The notes: a model not told the origin generated them from the sequence alone. A DNA stretch of 64,000 nucleotides from an uncultured Oscillospiraceae bacterium (GCA_964384725.1 CAYLLJ010000001.1:83093-147092); one strand, 5' to 3'. Shown: positions 40,124-49,752, numbered from the stretch's first letter. Translations and numbers: made by a program.

Positions 40124-43108
40124 TTACAGTGTTCCCTCGGTCGGTATCTGCTGGTTAAGATCTTCCGATTCCTGCGGCGTCAACAATTTCAAATAGCGTT
40201 CCAGTTCTCTCAGATATCTTCCGTAAGATGACCAGTCACCGTTTTGTTGTGCTGTAGTAGCATTAATAAAGGATTCATTAGCAAGTCGGATCAATTCGTC
40301 AATGCTAAGCTCACCATCGCCATTCTGCCCTTGCGTGTCTTTCGGTTTATCTGAAGGATTAGCACCTATGCCAAACAGTGAATCCAAAGCTCCTCCAAGG
40401 GTAGATTCATACGCTATTCTATCACCGTAAGCAACTATTACTCTCTTAACTTCAGGCAGGCTTCCTGTATTAGCGGCCTCGAGGTATACCGGCTCTACAT
40501 ATACGATCGAATCTTCGATCGGAATAACAAACATGTTACCCCTGATATACGTGGAACCTGACGAATTCCAAAGTGAGAATTCCTTAGATATCTCAGGATG
40601 CTGGTCGATTTGAGATTCTATCTGCATCGGCCCATAAATTATCCTGTCCTTCGGGAATTGGTACAAGACCATTTCTCCATAATTCTCTCCATCATTTCTG
40701 GCTACTAAAAGACCGGTCATATTTCTTTTTCCGGTAGGCGTATAAGGTATAGAGTTGATGAATTCTACATCTTCTTCGCCCGGAAGCTTCATGATATAGT
40801 ATTGCGGAGTCATAGGACCTTCTTCTGTACCGTAAATTTCATTTGAAATCTCCCATAAGTCCTCGCCTTGATAGAATATTCTCACGTCAGACATGTGATA
40901 ACGCTGATATACATTCGCTTGAATATTAAACAACATGTTTGGATATCGGGTGTGAACCTGTATTGATTCCGGCATTTCATCGAATTCTTTGAACAGTTCA
41001 GGATAAATCTTCGCATAGGTTTCAGCTATAGGATCATCACCGTTCACAATATAATAATTAGTGTCGCCATTGTATGCGTCAATTACAACTTTTACTGAAT
41101 TACGTATATAGTTAGTACTGCTCATTGCCGGGTTAAATGGCTCGGAATACGGATAATAGCCGCTGGTGGTGTAAGCATCTATAATCCAGTAGAGTTTGCC
41201 ATCCGCTGTTACAATATATGGATCTGTGTCATACGCTAAGAAAGGCATTATCTTTATTACCCTATCCGCGATATTTCTGTTGATAACTATTTTTGAATCA
41301 CTGTCGATATTGGTGGACACCAACAGTTTCAAACTCTGTTCTCGGACTGCAAACAGTGCTCTGTTTATAATGTTCAGCTTGATACCTGCAGTTCCCTCAT
41401 AAGTTGAATAAACGTTATCTTCTTCCTGTCCTCCGCTGCTCGGATAGTCGAATTCCTTCTCGTTTGTGTTAGTAAGGATATAATCGTTTGTCAACTCTCC
41501 GAAGTAGATTTCTGGTCTGGTGATATCGATCTCTTCCACTTGCGATATTGGCGGGATGCTGTCTATCAGCATGTCAGGCTGTCCGCTGGCTGTTACCTGG
41601 TCAACCCTGGATAGAGTAATGCCGTAACCGTGTGTATATTTTAAATGCTTATTGATCCATTCCTGTCTGGTTCTTGTTTGGTCGATTTCTCTTGCAGACA
41701 AGAATGTTTGTGTATATTCTCCATTGATCATATACCGGTCTACATCTACATCATTAAACAGATAGTATAATCGAATACTCTGTGTTTGATTGTAGAATGT
41801 CTGGGCGGGTCCGAAATCATTGATTCTGATATTATTAATGGTACTCATATTATTGTTGATATCTTCTTTGGTCAGGTCGAACGAAGCCGGGAAATGCTTA
41901 ATTTTTACGTCTTGTAAATCATAAGCGTTTTGTGTGAAGATTATATTGTTCTTTAAATACTTGCTTTCTTTATTGATTTCATCCGGAGATACGATTAGGT
42001 TCTGCACCAGCAAACCGGCTCCTGTTCCAGCTGCAAACAGTATGATCATGATTATCGGAGTGGCAAATACCATTTTGTATTTTCTTCGCATGATTCCTAA
42101 TGCAAATCCGATAGCTGCCACTACGGAAAGCACTATCATTGCACGATAAACCCATAATGTCACATTAATATCGGTATAACCTGCTCCGTAAAGTACACCT
42201 GTATGAGAATACAGCAGTTCGTACTGTCTGAGGAAGAAATTAACACCCACCATTAAGAAAAATATAACTCCCAAAGCAATAAGCTGTTTTGATGCTATGT
42301 TAAGCAATTCACTGAAGTTCTTTTTTCTAAAATGTGTTTTCTTCTTTCCGAAACCCGCAAATCCCTGAGGTCCGCTTCCATACCCTTGACCAGGCTGGCC
42401 ATCGCCGCCAAAGCCTTGACCTGTGAATGCCTGTCCGAATTTATTGAATGCATCACCAAACATTCCGTTAATAGTATTTCCGAAATTGTTCTGACGATAG
42501 CTCTGACCTTCATTATCGGTGCCGTCCTGATGCTGTTCATCCTGATCATACATCCTCGGCCGTCTAATGGAGAGGAGTGTGAAATAATAGAAAATAGTTA
42601 GCGCTGCAAAGGCTACAATAACTCCGATCAACATTTGATTAAGCTGACTTATAAAACCTAATTTGAATATATAGAATGAGATATCCAAATTATATATGGG
42701 ATCTTTGATATCAAATCCGGTGCTGTTTGCGAATTTTAAGATCTCAAACCAAAGGGCCATAACCGTAGTGGCCGTTACAAAGAGTGCAAATACAGCACTG
42801 ACGATCATTGTAATATTATTCAGCGTTTTTTCACTCCAAGACGGATTGTCCACAATTTCTATACGCTTGTAATAACCCCTTTTCAGGACGCGTAAATAAA
42901 AATATGTCAACAGTGCTATTATGATAAAGCACGGTATCCCGATCTCTAATTGAGTGAACAGCTTCTTCAAGAATACACTTGTATAACCTAATTCCCTAAA
43001 CCATAGGTAGTCGGTTATAAAATTTACTACACTTTTGAATCCTGCAATAATCACCAATAATATGAAGATGATTACGCTGATTACGCCAAAACTTGGTCTT
43101 TTTTTCAA
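40124..43108 (-). CDS. UPF0182 family membrane protein
   Basis: DYLWFRELGY, DPIY.LDISFYIF, GAGYTD, DVDRY, HLKYTHGYG, PEIYFGE, NYIRNSVK, GPMQIE. Confidence 0.93.
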   Translation of the reverse strand: MKKRPSFGVISVIIFILLVIIAGFKSVVNFITDYLWFRELGYTSVFLKKLFTQLEIGIPCFIIIALLTYFYLRVLKRGYYKRIEIVDNPSWSEKTLNNITMIVSAVFALFVTATTVMALWFEILKFANSTGFDIKDPIYNLDISFYIFKLGFISQLNQMLIGVIVAFAALTIFYYFTLLSIRRPRMYDQDEQHQDGTDNEGQSYRQNNFGNTINGMFGDAFNKFGQAFTGQGFGGDGQPGQGYGSGPQGFAGFGKKKTHFRKKNFSELLNIASKQLIALGVIFFLMVGVNFFLRQYELLYSHTGVLYGAGYTDINVTLWVYRAMIVLSVVAAIGFALGIMRRKYKMVFATPIIMIILFAAGTGAGLLVQNLIVSPDEINKESKYLKNNIIFTQNAYDLQDVKIKHFPASFDLTKEDINNNMSTINNIRINDFGPAQTFYNQTQSIRLYYLFNDVDVDRYMINGEYTQTFLSAREIDQTRTRQEWINKHLKYTHGYGITLSRVDQVTASGQPDMLIDSIPPISQVEEIDITRPEIYFGELTNDYILTNTNEKEFDYPSSGGQEEDNVYSTYEGTAGIKLNIINRALFAVREQSLKLLVSTNIDSDSKIVINRNIADRVIKIMPFLAYDTDPYIVTADGKLYWIIDAYTTSGYYPYSEPFNPAMSSTNYIRNSVKVVIDAYNGDTNYYIVNGDDPIAETYAKIYPELFKEFDEMPESIQVHTRYPNMLFNIQANVYQRYHMSDVRIFYQGEDLWEISNEIYGTEEGPMTPQYYIMKLPGEEDVEFINSIPYTPTGKRNMTGLLVARNDGENYGEMVLYQFPKDRIIYGPMQIESQIDQHPEISKEFSLWNSSGSTYIRGNMFVIPIEDSIVYVEPVYLEAANTGSLPEVKRVIVAYGDRIAYESTLGGALDSLFGIGANPSDKPKDTQGQNGDGELSIDELIRLANESFINATTAQQNGDWSSYGRYLRELERYLKLLTPQESEDLNQQIPTEGTL

Positions 43109-43174
43109 ATCTTATTCCCCCTATAACAAAACTTATGAACTGCAACGTATGTGGCCGGCACTAAGGGCCGCTGC

Positions 43175-44833
43175 CTATTTTATCTGATCATCAATAATTT
43201 TTTGAATAGCTTTTCTTGCTTCCTCGGGCAGACTGTCTCTTCCTCCTTTAATATCCTCCTGTGATTTCAGATAATCAATCCTGTTTTTCATGCCCTTCAC
43301 TAGGAGGTCTGTATATTCTTTATTATTAAAATTCGGAGTGAAACCTTCGACATCTACAGTTTTTATGCCGGACATTTTTCCAAATGCCGTAAACTGGGCT
43401 GTTTCATCCACGATACTTTCAATGATACTTATAGTGGTTTCTTTAGGAATCTTCTTGTCTAAGAAATAACCTGTATTAATAATATAACACTGGACTCCTC
43501 TATTTTCAAACAGTGATTTGAACTTATTGTAATCCTGCTCCAACGGATAAGTCCTGAATGGATTGGCATACGGTTCAAATACAAGTGCATCTCTATCTAC
43601 GCCTTCCGCCAGCTTTTCCGCAGTGCTTCTCTTCGTGGCAAGTGTTGCGCCCAATACCGATGCAAGGACAGGGTTTTCCAGTTTAATAACCGGGGGCAGA
43701 GAATGATCCTTCATCAGCCATACTATACTGTTGATAGGTTCGTCCATTTTATCCACCCTGTTTGCGGCCCAAAGTTTTGATTTTATAGCTCTTCCATTTC
43801 CATTTCTGATATCTTCTGTTACTATTACTATCTTACCGTCGGCATCTATAGTCGCTCCGCAGTTTTGCACCGTAATAAGGAATTTATTATCCGGAGAGGT
43901 CAACGGATAGTCCTGAGTTTTATCGAAATAGGATGGTTCCAATGCTACCGTTGAACCATTTTCAGACGAAATGATATATGCATCATCATGCAGAATGGTT
44001 ACATTGTATTTCCCGTCATGCTTTGCATGGGTCAATGTGGATTTGCCTGATCCGGATAGACCGAATACTCCCATAACATATTTTTCTCCGTCTTTCCTTA
44101 TCATTCTCTTCAGACCGCCATGACAGGATGCGTACCCGTTTCTGTTTGCTATACCCCATGCGATTGTCAGAGTACCTTTTTTATGCTCTCCGAAATATCT
44201 CAATCCGAGTAAGCAGGCGCAGTTGTGTTCCGGGTCAAAGTATGCAATTCCATTCGGGAAGTTTGGGTTCTTCCAATCGGGATCAGAGAGGATATAGATA
44301 TCCGGTTCGTTACCGATTACTTTTGATCTTTCATACATCTCATCATACATCTTGTTCATGTACTGGAAGTTCAGCAACCAATTGTACAATGTATTTTCAT
44401 AAGTTTCCGGCACTAAAAGGTTTGCTTTCACCATAAAGTCCTCATCAAGCCCTATATAGGCCTCTGTATGAAGCATCTTCTTATATCTCGTGCCATATAC
44501 AGCTTCTCTGAGTATCTTGCCGTAATCCGCCTCTGATACTCCCGGTTCTCCGGCGATTACTCTGGCGCCTGCAAACCTTCCAACGGTTTCTCCATCATTG
44601 AACAGCAGTATTTTTGCTCCTTCGGGCAACCCGATTTTTTCGGGTTCAAAAACAGGCATATCGGTCAAAATAGTTCCGGCAGTATTTTTCGCCATTTCGT
44701 ATGCTTCCTTCAGATCAATAACTTTCTTGACATTATTGCCATAGAATGCAGTTTCTATAGTAGTTCTTGACTGTGAAAAGGCAATATTTCCTGTCGTGAT
44801 CTGGTTTCGTTCAAACCTCGCACTAGTAGCCAT
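43175..44833 (-). CDS. pckA: Phosphoenolpyruvate carboxykinase (ATP), clostridial type
   Basis: YFGEHKKG, CHGG, FGLSGSGKSTL P-loop, LHDD, EP.YFDKT. Confidence 0.87.
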   Translation of the reverse strand: MATSARFERNQITTGNIAFSQSRTTIETAFYGNNVKKVIDLKEAYEMAKNTAGTILTDMPVFEPEKIGLPEGAKILLFNDGETVGRFAGARVIAGEPGVSEADYGKILREAVYGTRYKKMLHTEAYIGLDEDFMVKANLLVPETYENTLYNWLLNFQYMNKMYDEMYERSKVIGNEPDIYILSDPDWKNPNFPNGIAYFDPEHNCACLLGLRYFGEHKKGTLTIAWGIANRNGYASCHGGLKRMIRKDGEKYVMGVFGLSGSGKSTLTHAKHDGKYNVTILHDDAYIISSENGSTVALEPSYFDKTQDYPLTSPDNKFLITVQNCGATIDADGKIVIVTEDIRNGNGRAIKSKLWAANRVDKMDEPINSIVWLMKDHSLPPVIKLENPVLASVLGATLATKRSTAEKLAEGVDRDALVFEPYANPFRTYPLEQDYNKFKSLFENRGVQCYIINTGYFLDKKIPKETTISIIESIVDETAQFTAFGKMSGIKTVDVEGFTPNFNNKEYTDLLVKGMKNRIDYLKSQEDIKGGRDSLPEEARKAIQKIIDDQIK

Positions 44834-44875
44834 TATTAACATCTCCTTAAGCGTTAATTTTTTTTATTTAAGTTT

Positions 44876-46777
44876 CTATCTAAAGTTAAAATAGTTTACT
44901 ATTTTCATTTCGCCTTCGACCGGTTCTAAATAATAAATCCAGTTATAATTTATATCTCTGATTTTTCCGGCCTCAGTGATTTGCATCTCCTCATATACCC
45001 AGACATAAAAGCCGTTTGAGCCCTTTCGAATCTCACCGATTTCAAGCAGCTTAAATGTTTCTTTCACTTTTCCGACTTTTGAAAAACCCTCTGCTCTCTG
45101 ATAAGCCTTGCTGTCCTTTTTTAATAAATCAAACACACTTTTATTTCTAATGTTTACATAGTCGATCCATTGCGAATCAAAGGCAATAATTGTTCCAACT
45201 ATGGATTGGTCATAGTATATAGTTTCTGATCCCTCAGGTGTCTGCCATATGTTATTTTCAATAGGTTTCGAATTGTTGATATCTGAAAGGCCGTAATCCT
45301 TTCCTTGCTGATAAGCAAGTGCTTCGTTGGATCGCACTGCAGCTATATTTTTATTATTGCCCATTTGCGATGTAATTAGTGCGTTTTTATCCGCTGCCGG
45401 TTTTGGGTCCGGTTTCGCTATGACTTCCGGCGAGTCTTCAGTTTCATTATTCCTGGCATCACTTTCGTTATCTTTATCAATTGCTTCCGGCGTTTTTTCG
45501 GTGTCTATGTTTTTATCTGCATTGTCCTCACCGCTCAGCCATCCTGTTACAGTCCCGATAACCTGTGTCTGTACTTTATTTATGGAATCCGAGATGGCGC
45601 TATTCGGTGCAAAGTATCGGATTCCAAGTATTGCTATTTCGGCAATCAATATTATTGCAATAATGATAAGAATAATTCTGCCGGCATGATGGCCTTTTTG
45701 CTCCTGTTCGTCTGCTATATCCTTATCTTCTGCTCCAAAGAAAAGAGGGTTTAGCTCCGTCTCAGTCTTATTTGGTTCGATTTCAGGTCCTTCTATTACG
45801 GACTCAAGTTCTGTGAATTCAGTCTCGGGTTTTATGACTGCTGGCTCGGGCTCAATAGCCTCAGATTTTGCGGTTTCTGTTTCCGGTTCTGTCATTTCCA
45901 TATCCGGTTCAACGGTTCTTGTTTCCGGTTCTGCTATTTCAGTATCGGGTTCTGTGACTAATGTCTCGGGCTCTGCCGTTGTAGGGTCTGCGATTACTGT
46001 CTTCGGTTCTGTAACATCAGTTTCGGATTCTGTGATTTCTGTTTCCGGTTCAATAACATCAGTTTCGGATTCTGTGATTTCTGTTTCCGGTTCGGTAATA
46101 TCAATCGCAGGTTCTGCTATTTCAGTCTCGGGTTCAATATCGTTAACCGCCATACCGGAATGCTGTCTTTTCATTCTTTCATATTCTCTATCCAGCAGTT
46201 CCTGAAATTCTTCATTTTTCTTGTTAAATGTAAAGAAGCGGTCAATATCAGACCCTACGCTTTGGTCTGATCCATCTTGAATTTTCTTAAATAAAGTTTC
46301 TTCAAGCGTCTGATCTTTATCTGATTTCTCTTCCGGCTGGCTATAGTCTTCAAGCTTCCAGTTAAATTCTATATCTTCCGTTTTCCTTGGTTTGGGAAAA
46401 TCATAAACATTCCATTTGAATTCAATTTCATTTGCTGTGTCCGGCTGGCCGGCAGCATCGTCTTGTTCGCTAATAGCTTTTTTTTCTTTTGTTTGTTCTT
46501 CTGTGTCGCTTATGTAATTAAAAACCGGGGCCTTCATGCCTGTTTCCGGATCTTCTGAAGTCTTTTTTTCGGGTTGTTCTTCAGTATAAAAAAATTTGTT
46601 GTTTCCCGCCCCCTTAATCGGAGGATTGTAAACCACTTCTTCTGTTGCCGTTTCCTTGGGTTCCTTGGGTTTGTCAAAAGGCTGGGGTCCTGTGGGTTCA
46701 CCGCATCTCTGACAGTATTTATCTGTATCGCCAAGTAAATTGCCGCAAATTCTACAATACATACCGCGATCCTCCAA
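44876..46777 (-). CDS. Zinc-ribbon, acidic-repeat, single-pass membrane protein
   Basis: N-terminal CxxCG...CxxCG, long E/T/P-rich region, TM IILIIIAIILIAEIAILGI, C-terminal globular domain. Confidence 0.8.
   Translation of the reverse strand: MEDRGMYCRICGNLLGDTDKYCQRCGEPTGPQPFDKPKEPKETATEEVVYNPPIKGAGNNKFFYTEEQPEKKTSEDPETGMKAPVFNYISDTEEQTKEKKAISEQDDAAGQPDTANEIEFKWNVYDFPKPRKTEDIEFNWKLEDYSQPEEKSDKDQTLEETLFKKIQDGSDQSVGSDIDRFFTFNKKNEEFQELLDREYERMKRQHSGMAVNDIEPETEIAEPAIDITEPETEITESETDVIEPETEITESETDVTEPKTVIADPTTAEPETLVTEPDTEIAEPETRTVEPDMEMTEPETETAKSEAIEPEPAVIKPETEFTELESVIEGPEIEPNKTETELNPLFFGAEDKDIADEQEQKGHHAGRIILIIIAIILIAEIAILGIRYFAPNSAISDSINKVQTQVIGTVTGWLSGEDNADKNIDTEKTPEAIDKDNESDARNNETEDSPEVIAKPDPKPAADKNALITSQMGNNKNIAAVRSNEALAYQQGKDYGLSDINNSKPIENNIWQTPEGSETIYYDQSIVGTIIAFDSQWIDYVNIRNKSVFDLLKKDSKAYQRAEGFSKVGKVKETFKLLEIGEIRKGSNGFYVWVYEEMQITEAGKIRDINYNWIYYLEPVEGEMKIVNYFNFR
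45754..46143 (-). repeat. Intragenic 21-bp (7-aa EPETEIT-like) tandem repeats
   Basis: Degenerate heptads, including an exact 40-nt duplication at 46012-46051 and 46054-46093 (42-nt period). Confidence 0.85.
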
Positions 46778-46778
46778 A

Positions 46779-47192
46779 TTATTCTCTGATTTGTAATTCC
46801 AATTCTGCTTCAGTGTATACTTTTCCGCTCTTACCTATGGCGATCATTCCTTGTTCTTCCGGTATCAAATTTTCAGGTATGGATTCACACTTCGGCAGAT
46901 CGATATTTCCGCTTTGAAAGTGTTTTCCATTGTCCGCAGATTCTGTATTTTTTTCCGGGTTTTGTTTTAGTGCTTCTTTTATATTAATTAAATGGTTATC
47001 TATATTTTTTAATGTGTTGATCTGGCTGTCTGTTTTCCAGTACCATAACCTTATCTTCCGGAAAACCATCCATAATATAAAGAGTAAAATTAATAATACT
47101 GTCAACAGGAACAGAAATGCTCCGGATTGCGAGATGTACGGAAGGCCTATACTGCCAAGCCCTTCTCTTATTTGATTTAAGATGTTTTCCAT
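46779..47192 (-). CDS. Hypothetical single-pass membrane protein
   Basis: One TM followed by RKIRLWYWK; ends 1 bp before the next gene, consistent with an operon. Confidence 0.7.
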   Translation of the reverse strand: MENILNQIREGLGSIGLPYISQSGAFLFLLTVLLILLFILWMVFRKIRLWYWKTDSQINTLKNIDNHLINIKEALKQNPEKNTESADNGKHFQSGNIDLPKCESIPENLIPEEQGMIAIGKSGKVYTEAELELQIRE

Positions 47193-47411
47193 TTTGTGGT
47201 ACCCTTATAAGATTGTGTGACGTTTATTATAACGATAATGCGGAGAAATATATTCGTTTCGTTATAATCCATTATATTATAATACACTCGATGTGTAATA
47301 GCAAACGGAACAAGGGAAGCAGACAAAAAAAATACCAATAAACCTCCGCTGCAAGTGGATAGGATTTAATATTTGGCATACAAAGCTGTTAATATAATTT
47401 TTATATTAACA

Positions 47412-47441
47412 TAAAAAGAGCGGGTATGCATAACCCGCTCT
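47412..47441 (-). terminator. Intrinsic terminator after small ORF
   Basis: Minus strand: AGAGCGGGTTATGCATACCCGCTCT-TTTT. Confidence 0.75.
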
Positions 47442-47531
47442 ATTATTGCAAGAGAGATTTGATGAATAGTTTGCATCAGCATAATTTTATGCTGATGCTA
47501 CGCTATTTTTTAAAGCCACCTTTTGCGACGG

Positions 47532-47729
47532 TTAATAGTCTGAATTGGTCATATTAATTCTGTTCTTGTTTCCGCCTTTATTAGTGGCATCTCTCATGTC
47601 ACCCCGGTTATTGATTTCTCTCATATCACCTTGGGTTTTGGAATCCAATGTTGAATTATTTTTGTTGCCCTTGACCTTTTCATTCATACGCGTCGCATTG
47701 TTGTTCATTTTATTCTGATTGCCTTTCAT
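47532..47729 (-). CDS. Small Asn/Lys-rich hydrophilic protein (65 aa)
   Basis: Strong RBS AAGGAGGG 6 nt before ATG, own terminator, internal GDMRE/GDMRD repeat. Confidence 0.7.
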   Translation of the reverse strand: MKGNQNKMNNNATRMNEKVKGNKNNSTLDSKTQGDMREINNRGDMRDATNKGGNKNRINMTNSDY

Positions 47730-47881
47730 TTACATCCCTCCTTAAACATTATTCTTCTCAAATGCTTTTTAACTATGAGAGGGAATTATAGGAATTTTTC
47801 ATTTCTATAAATTAAGCTAAATGTTGAAAAATCATGATTGCAAAGACTCGCGAGCACAGCGAAAATCGGTTAAAATTGCTA

Positions 47882-47910
47882 TTGACAAGCCTTATAACTG
47901 CTGTTAAACT
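47882..47910 (+). promoter_or_regulatory. Sigma-A promoter of tRNA-Lys
   Basis: TTGACA-17 bp-TAAACT with extended TG. Confidence 0.75.
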
Positions 47911-47960
47911 ATTGAATGTGCCAAATCTCAGAGCCACCATCAAGTGACACATATCAACAT

Positions 47961-48036
47961 GCTTCGTTAGCTCAGTTGGTAGAGCACCTGACTCTTAATC
48001 AGGGTGTCCGGGGTTCGAACCCCCGACGGAGTACCA
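47961..48036 (+). tRNA. tRNA-Lys (anticodon CTT)
   Basis: 76-nt cloverleaf: GCTTCGT acceptor, AGCTCAGTTGGTAGAGC D-arm, CCTGA-CTCTTAA-TCAGG anticodon arm, GTTCGAAC T-loop, encoded ACCA. Confidence 0.97.
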
Positions 48037-48051
48037 GTAAACACTTATACG

Positions 48052-48082
48052 AACCACTTACAATATTTTGTAGGTGGTTTTG
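48052..48082 (+). terminator. Terminator after tRNA-Lys
   Basis: aaccacttacaa-tatt-ttgtaggtggtt followed by T residues. Confidence 0.6.
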
Positions 48083-48256
48083 TATTAACAAAGCGGCTAT
48101 AGTATCTATATTGTTGCCTTTTCGGGTATTGGATTTGCAACGAATAGTTTTTTGAAAAAATATTCCTATTAATATTGATTGACAGCGAAATTTATGATAT
48201 TCTATCAGAGGTTCTAAAAATCAGGAAACACACTTTGGCAGGAATCCGAAGTTTAT

Positions 48257-48279
48257 AACTCCCATATGGGAGTTTTTTT
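48257..48279 (+). terminator. Attenuator-like terminator in the uraA leader
   Basis: AACTCCC-ATAT-GGGAGTT-TTTTT, between a predicted promoter (TTGATT 48175, TGnTATTCT 48195-48203) and the uraA start. Confidence 0.65.
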
Positions 48280-48356
48280 GTGAGCAAAAAAGCCGGTACC
48301 CCTACCTGATTTGCCTAACGCAATACTTTATACATTTTTATAAAAGGAGGAAAAAT

Positions 48357-49628
48357 ATGAAAGAACAACAAAAAATCATTCAGGTACAGGAGCGAGTACC
48401 TTTGGCAAAAGGGATTCCGCTCAGCATCCAACACACATTTGCCATGTTCAGTGCATCAGTTCTCGTTCCGTGGCTTTTTGGCATCAATCCGGCTATCGTC
48501 CTATTGATGAATGGCATAGGTACTCTGATTTTCATATTTGTTACACAGGGCAAAGCACCGGCTTACTTGGGTTCCAGCTTTGCTTTTTTATCGCCCACAT
48601 TTCTTATACTGGCTAATCCCAATATGGGATACCAATATGCTTTGGGCGGATTTGTTGTCACGGGTCTTATATTCTGCGCAGTTGCAGGAATAATAAAACT
48701 TGCCGGTCTTGGATGGATCGACATCTTGCTGCCGCCTGCCGCAATGGGCCCGATTGTAGCTTTGATTGGTTTAGAGCTCGCAGGTACTGCTGCCAGCAAT
48801 GCAGGTTTGATTCTCAATGAAAACTATACCGAGATTAATCCAAAGTTTGTAATAATATTTTTAATCACTCTTTTGTTTGCGGTCTTTGGACAAGTACTAT
48901 TCAAGGGCTTCATGGCTGCAATATCTATCCTGATTGCTATTTGCGTAGGTTATGTAGCTGCATTAATTGCCGGGCTTGTAGATTTTACGCCTGTAGGCGC
49001 AGCTCCGCTTTTCGCACTTCCTGAGTTTCAGACACCGATCTTTGATATTTCTGCGATTCTGATTATAATTCCTGCTTCTCTGGTTGTCATTTCCGAGCAC
49101 ATCGGTCATCAGGTTGTGACAAGTGAGATAGTCGGCAAGGACCTGATAAGAGATCCTGGCTTGCATAGATCTTTGCTGGGCGATGGTATTTCAACAACTC
49201 TGTCCGGGCTCTTCGGTTCAGTGCCAACAACTACTTACGGTGAAAATATAGGGGTTATGGCTGTTACCAGAGTTTACAGTGTGTGGGTAATAGGCGGCGC
49301 TGCTGTATTTTCAATCCTTTTAGCCTTTATAGGTAAAGCCTCCGTATTGATACAAACAATACCGAATCCGGTTATGGGTGGAGTAAGCTTTCTCCTGTAC
49401 GGAATGATCGCTGCTTCCGGTCTGCGTCTTCTGGTTGATAAAAAGGTAGATTATAGCCGTCCTCGCAACCTCTCATTATCAGCTGTTGTATTCGTAACAG
49501 GACTGTCTGGTGCATTTATTCAAATTGGCGAGGTTCAGCTTAAGGGCATGTGCCTTGCTACAATAGTAGGAATGGTCCTTAGTCTTATCTTCTATGTTTT
49601 CGATAGAACCGGACTTTCAAACGATTAA
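48357..49628 (+). CDS. uraA: Uracil permease (NCS2 family)
   Basis: QHTFAMF.A..LVP, PAYLGSSFAF, EHIGH, PGLHRSLLGDG, TTYGENIGVMA.TRV. Confidence 0.93.
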   Translation: MKEQQKIIQVQERVPLAKGIPLSIQHTFAMFSASVLVPWLFGINPAIVLLMNGIGTLIFIFVTQGKAPAYLGSSFAFLSPTFLILANPNMGYQYALGGFVVTGLIFCAVAGIIKLAGLGWIDILLPPAAMGPIVALIGLELAGTAASNAGLILNENYTEINPKFVIIFLITLLFAVFGQVLFKGFMAAISILIAICVGYVAALIAGLVDFTPVGAAPLFALPEFQTPIFDISAILIIIPASLVVISEHIGHQVVTSEIVGKDLIRDPGLHRSLLGDGISTTLSGLFGSVPTTTYGENIGVMAVTRVYSVWVIGGAAVFSILLAFIGKASVLIQTIPNPVMGGVSFLLYGMIAASGLRLLVDKKVDYSRPRNLSLSAVVFVTGLSGAFIQIGEVQLKGMCLATIVGMVLSLIFYVFDRTGLSND

Positions 49629-49685
49629 TATGTTCTTCGCTCTCCTCTTAGACTTACAGGGCAAGCTTTGATCAAGTACATAAAA

Positions 49686-49729
49686 AGGCCAGCCAATCCA
49701 AGCATATAAATGTTTGATATGGCTGGCCT
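49686..49729. terminator. Bidirectional terminator
   Basis: aggccagcca...tggctggcct between convergent uraA and oxidoreductase genes. Confidence 0.75.
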
Positions 49730-49752
49730 CTGTTTAACTGTTTCTATATCGC

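Noticed and set aside
45754-46143. Regular repeats as a CRISPR array
   Set aside because: In-frame degenerate coding repeats with no unique spacers and no cas genes.
47916-48155. 79-aa ORF spanning the tRNA
   Set aside because: It overlaps a canonical tRNA gene and has no RBS.
48280-48302. GTGAGCAAAAAAGCCGG resembling the 3' part of a ykkC/PRPP riboswitch
   Set aside because: The conserved 5' elements (CTAGGGTTCC, CGAGCG, ACACC) are absent.
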